A DNA stretch of 64,000 bases from Candidatus Melainabacteria bacterium (GCA_033763415.1 JANRKP010000022.1:164015-228014), one strand, 5' to 3'; counted from the first letter of the stretch, positions 28,510 to 38,053 are shown. Notes: generated by a model not told the origin, from the sequence alone. Numbers and translations are program-made.

Positions 28510-29572
28510 TCCGCTGGCTGACGCCACGGCGGTGCCCATGTCTCCACCAGTACTGATGGGGCAACAGACGCCAATACGGGTGCTTGTTTTAGGCCACGGT
28601 TTACTGGGTCGCGCCCTGTTGGAGGGCCTTATGGCCGATGCGCGATGTCAGGTGGTAGGTGTTTTCCGCTGGTCCGAACGGGTTGCGACCCGAAAAAAGC
28701 TCATTCGCAAACGCAAAGACCCAGAAGATCACCTGTTTGACATTTGCATTCGTGCGGCACGATTGCCCCGCATTCGAGGATGCTCGGGAGCCAACAGCCC
28801 GCAGTTTCTCCAAAAGTTGCAACGTCTTCAGCCCAACCTGATCTTGGTGGGCTCTTGGGGAGAAATTTTAAAGCCCCAGGTCTTAGCATCGATTGCCATT
28901 CCTATTATTAACTGTCATCCTTCGTTACTGCCCGCGTTTCGGGGAGCAAATCCCTACTGCGCCGCTATTCGTGCAGGAATGCAGGAGTCGGGTGTTAGTT
29001 TTCATCAGTTAGTGCCCGCCATTGATGCGGGCCCCATTGTGTTGCAGGCGCCACTGCCGGTTTTACCCACAGATACGGGCGGCGATTTGCGCGATCGTTG
29101 CTGCGAGCTGGCCCGGCAGTTAATGCCCGTGCTCTTGGACCGTCTGACGGTGGAGGGACCCGTTGCCGTGCAGCCGCAGCAGGAGGAATTGGCCAGCTAT
29201 CAACCCTCCTTAAAGCTGGAAGATGGTGTTATTCGCTGGCAGCAGGATGCGCCTTGGGCCATTTATAACCAGGTGCGCGCCCACCAGCCCTGGCTAGATA
29301 GCATTACCTTTGTGGGCGGTCGCTGGCCCATTGGCATTCAAAAGGCTTCCGTGTTGCAGGTGCCGCCCAAGTCGGTGCGCTCCGTGGCGCCGGGCACGCT
29401 GCTGGCGGTGCGCTCGGAAGGCTTGGTGGTCAGTACCACAGAGCCGGAGCGTTATGTGCTGCTGGAGCGATTTAAACTCTTCTTTGGGTTCTTTTTACCC
29501 GTTGCGCTAAGCCTGTGGTTGGCCCAGCGTTTGTTTAGGCCAGGCCAACGGCTTTGTGAAGAATGGCGCTAG
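28484..29572 (+). CDS. Formyltransferase (Fmt/ArnA-N-like)
   Basis: INCHPSLLPAFRGANP, SGVSFH, IDAGPI; lacks the Fmt N-terminal FMGTP. Confidence 0.8.
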   Translation: MPAALPPPDPLADATAVPMSPPVLMGQQTPIRVLVLGHGLLGRALLEGLMADARCQVVGVFRWSERVATRKKLIRKRKDPEDHLFDICIRAARLPRIRGCSGANSPQFLQKLQRLQPNLILVGSWGEILKPQVLASIAIPIINCHPSLLPAFRGANPYCAAIRAGMQESGVSFHQLVPAIDAGPIVLQAPLPVLPTDTGGDLRDRCCELARQLMPVLLDRLTVEGPVAVQPQQEELASYQPSLKLEDGVIRWQQDAPWAIYNQVRAHQPWLDSITFVGGRWPIGIQKASVLQVPPKSVRSVAPGTLLAVRSEGLVVSTTEPERYVLLERFKLFFGFFLPVALSLWLAQRLFRPGQRLCEEWR

Positions 29573-29720
29573 GCCGTGTCGATATTCAGCGTCTTCACGG
29601 GTATTCTCGGTGTTGTTGCAGCGCTGGCTTGGTTGTTTAATTGTGTCTAAGCGCCTGTCGCTGTGCTCCTCACGCCCGGAAACGGCTCCGTGAAAACATT
29701 GGAATGTCTACACCACCTGG
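29569..29720. mobile_element. 152-bp MITE-like element with ~32-bp imperfect terminal inverted repeats
   Basis: Left CTAGGCCGTGTCGATATTC-AGC-GTCTTCACGG; right (reverse complement) CCAGGTGGTGTAGACATTC-CAAT-GTTTTCACGG; 16-bp identity with the 19606 element. Confidence 0.6.
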
Positions 29721-30060
29721 GGTTTTCATTGAAGTTGTCGGACCGATCCGCCGACATATTTTTAAGTCCGAGCGACTTTCACAGGCTTTTGCAGAGGGCT
29801 GTCGGGGGCCCTCCAGGCTGTTGGATTTTGGAGTGACCCTTACTCTGTTCGGTTTAGTGGCTGTAGGCTTGCGCTGTTGTGTAAGGATGCTTTGCTCGGG
29901 ATTATTGTGTCCAGTGTTAAAATAAGCAAGTGTTCTTGGATTTCTAGCCGGTTTTCACACCACGGGGAAATACTCATTTTATAGTCCAGATAGGGTGTTA
30001 GCCCATTTTTTTCGTAATTTTTTAGAAAAAAACAAAGGATTCGCTCGAAAGCAAGCATTG

Positions 30061-30924
30061 ATGTTTATTCGTTACTGTTACAGCGTTTGCGATGTTCTCG
30101 GAACCCTCTGCGCGGTGTTATCCCCCGTGGCGGTGGTGCATTGGTTGCTGGAGGCCGTTGGGGTCAAAAGCCTGGGTTTTTTGGCCGTGCTTTTTGCACC
30201 CCTTAACTGGATTATTAACGCACTGCACCCCATGCCCACCATTACGTTCCAGGGTACCCACATTCCGATGACCCAGGGCGTGACGGCCATTGTGCTGACC
30301 GTACTTTTCTTTCTGCTGGCGGCATTGTCTCAGTACCTAAAGGCGGCAGAGCAACAGATGGACATGGCGCAGCAAAACCTGAAGGAAACCTACCGACAGC
30401 GCCAGCGTGAGCGCGCCGAAGCCCAGGTGCGAGAGCGTTTGGTGAGCAACCGCCGCCTGTTTGTCTACATCAGTTTTCCGTTTGATCAGGATGAAGCCCT
30501 GGGCGAGCAATTTTTTGGGCATTTTTCCAACTTAAACGGCCGTCCCATTGAGGCAACGGCCACCGTGCTGGTGTTGGAGTTTAGCGAGCTAGACCCGGCA
30601 TTTCGTTATGCGCAGGATGCAATGAGAACCCTGCTGAGCTATTACGCCACCCTTCGGCCCGCAGACCCGCAACCGGTTGCCAGGCTTTGTATTCATGTGG
30701 TGGGGGTGGATGAGGCCAATCGAACGGGCTTGGCCATGTGCACGCACCTGTGCCGTTTTACACCGGTCAATACCATTGTGCTGTCTCAGGATGTGAAACA
30801 GTTTATTGAGGCAGGGGGCACTTCGGCAAAGTACCCACTACAAAGCCAAGGCTATTACGAGTTTCCCGGTGGCAGCAGCCAGGAAGTTTATCAACTGCTG
30901 TTAAAGTCGGCTTCGTTTGGTTAA
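30061..30924 (+). CDS. Membrane protein with coiled coil and degenerate class III nucleotidyl-cyclase-like domain
   Basis: N-terminal TM segments; C-terminal NTIVLSQDVK..YPLQSQGYYEFPG..EVYQL. Confidence 0.5.
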   Translation: MFIRYCYSVCDVLGTLCAVLSPVAVVHWLLEAVGVKSLGFLAVLFAPLNWIINALHPMPTITFQGTHIPMTQGVTAIVLTVLFFLLAALSQYLKAAEQQMDMAQQNLKETYRQRQRERAEAQVRERLVSNRRLFVYISFPFDQDEALGEQFFGHFSNLNGRPIEATATVLVLEFSELDPAFRYAQDAMRTLLSYYATLRPADPQPVARLCIHVVGVDEANRTGLAMCTHLCRFTPVNTIVLSQDVKQFIEAGGTSAKYPLQSQGYYEFPGGSSQEVYQLLLKSASFG

Positions 30925-31310
30925 ACGATAAAGCCGGGTGTTCCCATTGGAACCATTCCGGGCATTTGCATGCCAAAGCCCTGTTGTTGCTGGAAACCGA
31001 AGCCTTGCGGCTGTATTCCAAAATTGGGCTGTTGTGCCATAAGCATTGGGTTGGTGGCGCCAAAGCCAGCAGGTTGCCAGCTGGGCAGTCCGCTCCAGGC
31101 CATGGGCGTAAACGGTTGTGTGTATACGCTAAAGGGGTTCCACTGGCCGGTTACCAGGGGAGAATAAATGCCCTGAAACGTGTTTTGCGGCAATACCTGC
31201 CCAGAAGAATTCCACAAGAGCCATTGCAAGTTGTCGGCTGTGTGGGTTAAGCCGGAGTAGAGAAACGGAACGCCGTTATTCACAGTACTGGCGGGAACGG
31301 TCGGCCACAT
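30921..31310 (-). CDS. Q/G/P/M/F-rich low-complexity protein
   Basis: GGAGG RBS; almost no charged residues; repeated QGFG/MPG units. Confidence 0.6.
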   Translation of the reverse strand: MWPTVPASTVNNGVPFLYSGLTHTADNLQWLLWNSSGQVLPQNTFQGIYSPLVTGQWNPFSVYTQPFTPMAWSGLPSWQPAGFGATNPMLMAQQPNFGIQPQGFGFQQQQGFGMQMPGMVPMGTPGFIV

Positions 31311-31577
31311 TGTTGTTGTATAACCTCCACGTTAAATCCTTCCCCAAAGGGAGAACAGGAAAACAGAATAAAAACTCGTAATTGCATAAAAGCAATGTAT
31401 GGAGATTCTGTGCTACTGTTTTTAAAGTTTAATGATTTCATTAAAAAGCAAGCGGGTCTTGCTTGTTGTTCTGGTGCCTTGGCGATAGTCTGTGTTACAT
31501 AGTTGGAAAGGAATGATACCGTCTCATCAGGCATTATGGGCGATTGATAACAGGGCAGGCAGGGACAGTTAAACAAA

Positions 31578-32657
31578 ATGAGCATCTATTTTGCAACTAA
31601 CCGACAGCGGGTTTCCGTGGGGCAGGCTGGCAGGTTTCGTTTCGGCGAGCGTTTTTCCGAAGACGGTCCAGAGGATTTGGTGTTTGGCAAAATTCCAAAC
31701 GATATGTCCCCAGAGGCCCTGACGACCGAGTGCATTTACGACACCCTGGCCCGAAAAGAAGCGCTCTTTCAAGAAATTAAGCAGGCCATGCAGTACGAGA
31801 ACCACGACACGATTATTTATGTGCACGGTTTTCGCAATAACTTTGCCGATGCCGTTGAGGGGGCGCGTAAGCTTCAAAAAGCCTTGCTGCCCGTGGAAGG
31901 CAGTAAAAATGCCGCCAAAGGCTACCATGTGGTTTTGTTTTCCTGGCCTGCGGACCGCTTGGGCGCGATGGAGAGCCAGAAAAACTACACCAACGATCGC
32001 CTGGATGCCCGATTGTCTGGCCCGGCGCTGGGTCGCGCCACTCAGTTTATGATCGATTTTCTGGTGCAAGTAATGGAACACAGCCGCCAGAGTTTTCGCG
32101 CCACGGGCCGCGGCGATCTGTGTGGCCAAAAGCTGCATTTAATTTGCCACAGCATGGGCAACTATGTGCTGACCCATGCGCTGCAAAAGTTACTCAACGA
32201 TGTCAAGACGCCGCAATCGATTCCCAGTGTGTTTGAGGAAGTGGTTTTGGTTGCCGCCGATGAGGACAGCGAGGCGTTGGAGCAGGACGATCGGCTAAAG
32301 CACCTGGACCGCTTGGCCCGTCGGGTAACGGTTTACTACAACCCCAACGATAAAGCGCTGCGGGTTAGCCACCTAACCAAGGGCAACCCGGAGCGTCTGG
32401 GGGCGGGAGGTCCCCGGAATATGCAGCGGGTCTCCGGCAAGGTGGTGGCGGTAAACGTGGATGCCCGCGTGGATTGGCGAGAAGATATGCTCTTGGATCT
32501 CGATATGATTTCCACCTGTCCCGAACACGGCTACCACCTGTATAACACGGCGGTTATTTGGGACATGCGCCAAGTGTTGGCCGGAATTACGGCGGCCAGC
32601 ATTCAGGGGCGGGAACCCCAACCGTTTTTGGGCCAGGGTAGCTTTAAGCTGGTGTAG
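31578..32657 (+). CDS. DUF900 family alpha/beta hydrolase
   Basis: YFATNR, YVHGF, FSWP, HSMG nucleophile elbow, AAD, D.AL..S, HGY. Confidence 0.85.
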   Translation: MSIYFATNRQRVSVGQAGRFRFGERFSEDGPEDLVFGKIPNDMSPEALTTECIYDTLARKEALFQEIKQAMQYENHDTIIYVHGFRNNFADAVEGARKLQKALLPVEGSKNAAKGYHVVLFSWPADRLGAMESQKNYTNDRLDARLSGPALGRATQFMIDFLVQVMEHSRQSFRATGRGDLCGQKLHLICHSMGNYVLTHALQKLLNDVKTPQSIPSVFEEVVLVAADEDSEALEQDDRLKHLDRLARRVTVYYNPNDKALRVSHLTKGNPERLGAGGPRNMQRVSGKVVAVNVDARVDWREDMLLDLDMISTCPEHGYHLYNTAVIWDMRQVLAGITAASIQGREPQPFLGQGSFKLV

Positions 32658-32664
32658 GGCTCGT

Positions 32665-33624
32665 TTAGTGTGCGGGTTGTTCTAAAAACGGAACCAACCA
32701 CTGCATGGCCCCACTGCTGCCCAGGCGGTCTGCGCCTGCCAACACCAGCGCCACTGCCTGCTCTAGCGAATGAATGCCGCCACTGGCCTTAATTTGAATG
32801 TGGCTCAGGCCTTGCTCATCCAGCGTGTCTCGAATCTGGCGCACATCGGCGGGGGTGGCGCCGGGTTTTTCCGTACCAGAGACCATGCCGGTGCAGGTTT
32901 TAATTTGGTACACGCGGTCAATCGAGGCGTGAGTTTCTAACTGTTTTCCCAAGAAGGAGACAATCTCTCGGAGTTCGGCATCGTGGAGCAGCGTTGTTTC
33001 GATAATTATTTTAAAGCTTGCGGTTTCTCCCTGAAGGCTTTGCAAGCTGCCGTGCAAGGCTTCTTCAACCGAATAGCGGTCCTGTTGTTTCCAGGCGTGC
33101 AGGGGAAAGACCCAGTCTAACTCATCGGCGCCATCGGCAAGGGCTTGCCGAATTTGCTCCTGGATTTCCGGTAACGGGGTAGTGCCTATGCCGCTATCGC
33201 TTAGGGCGGTGGTTTGTGGCATAGGGCCGTTCGGAAAACCAATAACCGTGCTAAGCGGCAATGTTGAGCCTTGGGGTTGCTGGCTTAGCCAGTGGCGGGC
33301 AGGCGCCACCCATTCGGGACGAAGACACACGCCAAAAAAATGGTAATACAGGGCCTCGTGGCAAAACCGGGCCACTGCTTGGGGCTGTTCTGCCCATTGC
33401 GCTTGCATGGTTGCAACCGAAGGCAGGTAGCTGTGATCCACCAGCGGGGCCAGGAGTTTGGCGGCTTGGCCTTTTTCTGGGGTTTCCTCCAGGTTGAGGC
33501 TGGCAAGCGCCTGCAAAATGTGATGACGAGTGACCACGGTGGCTTTTTGTTGTCGACGAAGCCTGTGTTCTTCTTGGGGAGGCGGTGGCTGGATGGAGGT
33601 GGTCAACGAGGTGGTCCCAGTCAT
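32665..33624 (-). CDS. deoC: Deoxyribose-phosphate aldolase
   Basis: DHSYL, VIGFP.G, GADELD, KIIIET, KTCTG, KASGGI, GADRLGSS. Confidence 0.9.
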   Translation of the reverse strand: MTGTTSLTTSIQPPPPQEEHRLRRQQKATVVTRHHILQALASLNLEETPEKGQAAKLLAPLVDHSYLPSVATMQAQWAEQPQAVARFCHEALYYHFFGVCLRPEWVAPARHWLSQQPQGSTLPLSTVIGFPNGPMPQTTALSDSGIGTTPLPEIQEQIRQALADGADELDWVFPLHAWKQQDRYSVEEALHGSLQSLQGETASFKIIIETTLLHDAELREIVSFLGKQLETHASIDRVYQIKTCTGMVSGTEKPGATPADVRQIRDTLDEQGLSHIQIKASGGIHSLEQAVALVLAGADRLGSSGAMQWLVPFLEQPAH

Positions 33625-33784
33625 AGAGAAAGCAATCCTTTATTGGCGGCGCAGGCAACAGTAACAAGGGCGGGCTGCTGCAAGTATTGTCTCATATTCC
33701 AGGTCCGTTTAGCGCGCATGCTTGGCAGGGTGCTTTCGCCCGCGTTTGCGATGGCACGTGCCCTCGCTTACAATACAGGCCAGG

Positions 33785-35221
33785 CTAAGCCGTTTCATCT
33801 AATGCCGTTTCGTTTGTCTGGGTTGTGCCCGGCTCTGTTCCGTTCAGCGCCTTGCGAAAGGCTTCTGCAACGGGGTAGGCGCGTTTAGCAGGCCGGTGTT
33901 TGCCGGGGGGTGTGCTGTGTGCCTTGGTCGGGTCCGGCAGTAGTGCTTTCATTTCTGCCAGTGCCAGGGGGTCGGAGACCTGTTCGGGCTGCGATTCTGC
34001 CGTGAGGTCCGGCTCAAAGGTGTTGGGGGCGGTGTCTGTTGCTGGGTTGATGCTGTTTTCTGGTAAAAACGTGGCGCATACCGCCATGTGGTCAGACCCC
34101 GTGGGCTTTGTGAGTTCTCCTGCCCCCTTGAACACGGCTACCCGCCGCAGCGGAATATTGGTCACCATCCCATCGACTGAAGGGCGATGGTTGCAGAACG
34201 GGTTGCTGGCATCGGGTTCTTTCACAAGGCCTATTTCGTACCACGGATGCATTGCCCGTTGGTTGTATCGCGGTGTCATCGCCTCTACCAATGGTTGAAA
34301 GTACGGATTATCTCGGCTTTGGTTGAAGTCTCCCAAAATCACAATATCCAGCGGCGGCGGGCCATTCGTGGCCGGAAAATGTTCTGCCAGCCATTGGGTT
34401 AAAAAATCAGAGATGGCCCGAGACTGATCGGCCCGAATTCGATACTCGGTGGTATCCGGGCCTCGGTTGGCATGACGCGCCTTTAAATGCACACTTAAGA
34501 TAAGCCAGGGCCGTTGTTGCTGCGCGCTTTTGTCTGCAAACAACCCCCATACCAACGGGTTGGCAAACAGAGAGGATCCGTTGGGGCAGGTTTGTTGTGG
34601 GCTGGGCTTGCAAAATTGGCCAACCGTGCCACTCTCCAGCAATCGAAACCGATTTTGGTTGTACAGTAGCACGTTGCGTAAGGTGCGATCACTGGCCCAC
34701 AGTTGTTCATCACTGGGCACAAGGGCTTTGTAAGCAACGGCGGGGCAACCGCTTTCCTGTGCCGTTTGTTGAAGCCTTTCCGGCAGGGCCAGGCCGGTTT
34801 TTTCACAGCCAATTTCTTGCAGCGCCACAAAATCCGCCTGGCTACGGACGATGGTTTTTAGCACTTGCTGTTGTGCTTGCTCGCTTTTAAAGGTATCTAC
34901 GGGTTTGCTGGCTTTGGCCAGCCAGGCGTCGTCAATGTCTGCCAGGTTCCAGTAGCAGCGTGTGTTAAAGGTTAGTGTGGTTACTGGCGTTGCGTTTGTG
35001 CCTTGGGCGGCAAACCGCAACTGCGTGTAGAGCTTGGTTTGTGCTATTTCAATGGGGGTTGCACAGCTCTGAGTAGGAGCCAGGGTGGTAGAAGCCAATG
35101 GAAGGAAATGGGCATGTTGCCTACCGAGCGCGAACGGAGAGGCCAATCGGTTGCCCGCTTGGCGTTTAACTGGCTGAACTATCCCACCAGCAGAATAAAA
35201 CCTGTGTAACAGCGTAATCAA
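33785..35221 (-). CDS. Endonuclease/exonuclease/phosphatase (DNase I-like) protein with N-terminal leader
   Basis: TFN, DFVALQEI, VHLKA, ILGDFN, SDH motifs; start codon uncertain. Confidence 0.85.
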   Translation of the reverse strand: MITLLHRFYSAGGIVQPVKRQAGNRLASPFALGRQHAHFLPLASTTLAPTQSCATPIEIAQTKLYTQLRFAAQGTNATPVTTLTFNTRCYWNLADIDDAWLAKASKPVDTFKSEQAQQQVLKTIVRSQADFVALQEIGCEKTGLALPERLQQTAQESGCPAVAYKALVPSDEQLWASDRTLRNVLLYNQNRFRLLESGTVGQFCKPSPQQTCPNGSSLFANPLVWGLFADKSAQQQRPWLILSVHLKARHANRGPDTTEYRIRADQSRAISDFLTQWLAEHFPATNGPPPLDIVILGDFNQSRDNPYFQPLVEAMTPRYNQRAMHPWYEIGLVKEPDASNPFCNHRPSVDGMVTNIPLRRVAVFKGAGELTKPTGSDHMAVCATFLPENSINPATDTAPNTFEPDLTAESQPEQVSDPLALAEMKALLPDPTKAHSTPPGKHRPAKRAYPVAEAFRKALNGTEPGTTQTNETALDETA

Positions 35222-35370
35222 CGGAACCTACAGCGCTACTTTCGGCAGAAAGCCAGTCAAAAACAACGCTCCCCATTATATAACCACCAGGTTTACTTTC
35301 AATGACGCATCATTCAATGCCGCCAAAATATTGCGCGCTCTCAAACAACAGACCCTGCCCGCCCGCCTAG

Positions 35371-35420
35371 CGTGTGAGATAGAGTGACATAGAGAGATAT
35401 AAAGCGATACAAGACGATGA
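35371..35420. repeat. Degenerate 10-bp tandem repeat x5
   Basis: cgtgtgagat/agagtgacat/agagagatat/aaagcgatac/aagacgatga. Confidence 0.55.
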
Positions 35421-35458
35421 TATCGGGTGAGGTGATGTACAGCGAGAAACCCGAACGC

Positions 35459-36742
35459 TTACACCAAAGGCAGAACAGCCTTGCCGGGCAGAGAGGCTGT
35501 CGGTTGAATGCCCAGCCAGGCCAGTGCCGTTTGGCCCACATCGGCAAAGGATTGCCGAATACCGAGGTTTTGGGCTGGGTGTGCTACCGAGAGTCCCTTG
35601 CTAAACATTAACAAAGGCACGTACTCTCGCGTATGATCCGAGCCGGGTGCGGTTGGGTCGCAGCCATGATCGGCGGTAATCAGCAATAAATCCTCAGGGG
35701 TCAGGTGGTCTATCAGTGCGGCCAGTTCCGTGTCAATGGCTTCCAGTGCGTGCGCGTAGCCATTGACATCTCGTCGGTGGCCAAAATTCATATCGGTTTC
35801 CACCAGGTTGATAAAAATGAGTTGCTTCTCGCCCGTGCGTTGCTCAAAGCCCGCTTTGGCCAACGAAGGAAGGGCAAGCTCGCCCTTTGCCAGTTGAATG
35901 AGAACTTCCAGGCCGTGTGCGTTGCTGCGGGTATGCAGGTGGTGCGTAATGCCCACCCCGCAAAAAATGTCATCAATTTTACCAACACCCAGCACGACGC
36001 CCTGGGTCTGCTGGGCAATGGTGGTTAATACGTTGGGGGTGGGTGGGGGCACGGCATAGTCGTGTCGGGCGGCACCAAGACGCCGAAAACCACCGGGCGA
36101 CCCTTCAAACGGTCTTGCAATGACCCGAGACACTTGGAGCGGACCCTCCAGCAGCCGACGAGCGACTTCACACCAGGAATAGAGGGTTTCCAGGGGCACG
36201 CGGTCCACGTGGGCCGCCACCTGAAAAACACTGTCGGCACTGGTATACACAATGGGAAATCCGGTTTCCAGGTGAGCGACGCCCAGTTCGTCCAAAATAG
36301 CGGTGCCGGATGCCGGTTTGTTGCCCAGTACGCCGCCGCAGCCAGTTTCTGCCACAAATTGTTCAATCAACCCGGTGGGAAAACCCTCTGGAAAAACCGG
36401 AAAGGGAGTCTCTAGGATAATGCCCGCCATTTCCCAGTGCCCGGTGGTGGTGTCTTTGCCCAAAGACACTTCCGCCAGTTTTCCGTAGACGCCGGTGGGG
36501 TGTTCCACGGCGGGCACCTGCGCCAAGGGCACAATATGGCCCAGGCCCAGTTGGGCCAAATGGGGCAGGTGTAACCGTTGGGCATGACGATCGATGTTGC
36601 CCAGCGTGTTAACCGAAAGACTATCGCCAAAGGCCGGAGCATCGGGAAGGGCCCCAACGCCGAGCGCATCAATCACCACCAGAAACACGCGGCGCGTGCG
36701 CGGAGCGTTGGCCGGATTGTTTGTAGACACTTGGGAAACCAC
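35459..36742 (-). CDS. deoB: Phosphopentomutase
   Basis: VIDALGVG, GKDTTTGHWE, VYTSADSVFQ, RVIARPF, GHRRD, TADHGCDPT, DHTREYVP. Confidence 0.96.
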   Translation of the reverse strand: MVSQVSTNNPANAPRTRRVFLVVIDALGVGALPDAPAFGDSLSVNTLGNIDRHAQRLHLPHLAQLGLGHIVPLAQVPAVEHPTGVYGKLAEVSLGKDTTTGHWEMAGIILETPFPVFPEGFPTGLIEQFVAETGCGGVLGNKPASGTAILDELGVAHLETGFPIVYTSADSVFQVAAHVDRVPLETLYSWCEVARRLLEGPLQVSRVIARPFEGSPGGFRRLGAARHDYAVPPPTPNVLTTIAQQTQGVVLGVGKIDDIFCGVGITHHLHTRSNAHGLEVLIQLAKGELALPSLAKAGFEQRTGEKQLIFINLVETDMNFGHRRDVNGYAHALEAIDTELAALIDHLTPEDLLLITADHGCDPTAPGSDHTREYVPLLMFSKGLSVAHPAQNLGIRQSFADVGQTALAWLGIQPTASLPGKAVLPLV

Positions 36743-36808
36743 GGACAAAAGACCTCGTCTATAGGGTTTAGGGACAGAATTATGCGCCGCTGTTGGCAGG
36801 CGCACCTT

Positions 36809-36838
36809 ACAAAGATAGCACGGCACAAAGATAGCACG
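36809..36838. repeat. Perfect 14-bp direct repeat x2, each containing a minus-strand extended -10
   Basis: ACAAAGATAGCACG-GC-ACAAAGATAGCACG; the reverse complement contains TGCTATCTT, upstream of deoB. Confidence 0.7.
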
Positions 36839-36962
36839 CTTGCGGAAGCGGGGCCCCTGGTGGCGAGTGTGGTGTGTTCTGGTTAAGATAGACCCTACTT
36901 TAAATTTGGATTCTGTTCAAATTTTAATTCAGTTGTCAACGCTCAACAAGGAGGCTGTGTTC

Positions 36963-37643
36963 ATGCGCACGATTTTATCCCTCTGGCGTCAGTGCCCTGC
37001 GGCGCTGTTCTCTGCCCTTTTGGGGGCTGTAGTGCTGCTGTTGCAGGTGGCGCCGCCTGCGCGGGCGTTGGTTTATATGGATAAAGCCGTTCCCCAGAAA
37101 GAGATTGATACGGCCATTCGCTACGGCTTAAGTAAGCGTGGCCAAGGCTTTGAAAGCCTACTGGATAAAAACTGGAAAGAGGGCCGTTATGGCGCGTTTT
37201 TAAATGTATACACGCCTTTTATGCAGTTGGCGGCAAAGGCCTATGGTAGTGGCTTGCCCCGAAAGCCCACCCAGGAGGATTTAAAAACGGCTTACAAACT
37301 GTTTAAGCGAGAAATTCGCTTTTTGAAAGACCCGCAAACCACCAAGCACGTCAAGTTTTCGGTCGCGCTCTATGGAGACGATCCCCGCTTTGGCTTAACC
37401 TATCGCGGTTGGATTGAAGGCGTGGGCCGTGGAAAAGAAACCGTGCTACAACCCGCCAAATCCGTGCGGCAACGCGAGGCCAACCGCAGTGAGTTTAACC
37501 TGAACAGCCCCTATGAGGTGATTAACTCCTACTACTTTAAGTTTAAGGACATTAACAACCTCGACGATTATCGTTTCATCATCGAGGATGAGGCCTCGGG
37601 TCGCCGGGTGGAATTTCCGATCAACAATCAACAGTTGTTGTAA
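36963..37643 (+). CDS. Hypothetical secreted protein
   Basis: AGGAGG RBS; Sec-type signal peptide ending ARA. Confidence 0.75.
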   Translation: MRTILSLWRQCPAALFSALLGAVVLLLQVAPPARALVYMDKAVPQKEIDTAIRYGLSKRGQGFESLLDKNWKEGRYGAFLNVYTPFMQLAAKAYGSGLPRKPTQEDLKTAYKLFKREIRFLKDPQTTKHVKFSVALYGDDPRFGLTYRGWIEGVGRGKETVLQPAKSVRQREANRSEFNLNSPYEVINSYYFKFKDINNLDDYRFIIEDEASGRRVEFPINNQQLL

Positions 37644-37680
37644 TGCTCGCTATTAGAAATTCGTCATTAGAAAACAGAGC

Positions 37681-37953
37681 CTACTGTTGGCGTGTTGTGC
37701 CTGAGGGGTTTTGTGCGCGATGAAACCCTTGCGCCTGCGCTTCGGTCTCTTCGTTAAAACAGCGTCGGGCGGCGCCTGCCGGGCTGGCTTTTAGCATCTC
37801 GCCATAGTGAGGGTCTCCCAGCCGGTAATAGCGTTGTGTGCTTGTATTGCCCACCACGGGGCATTCTCTCGGGTCGTAGTCTCGCTCTGTGGTGATGAAC
37901 ACAATGGCGGGCACGGATAAAAAGAGCGCAACAATCAATACAAAACGGAGCAT
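37681..37953 (-). CDS. Small membrane-anchored protein with Ada-like/thermonuclease-associated domain
   Basis: Hydrophobic N-terminus; VVGN....RYY..G...Y ... F..E.EA.AQGF.RA. Confidence 0.6.
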   Translation of the reverse strand: MLRFVLIVALFLSVPAIVFITTERDYDPRECPVVGNTSTQRYYRLGDPHYGEMLKASPAGAARRCFNEETEAQAQGFHRAQNPSGTTRQQ

Positions 37954-38053
37954 GGTGGCTTCCTCTGGAGACGGACGGGGGCGCTTTTTTCTCTGTACCG
38001 GCTGGATGGATACCGTAGGTACCTGAGCTCGGGGGCCTACCGGAGGGGGGCCT

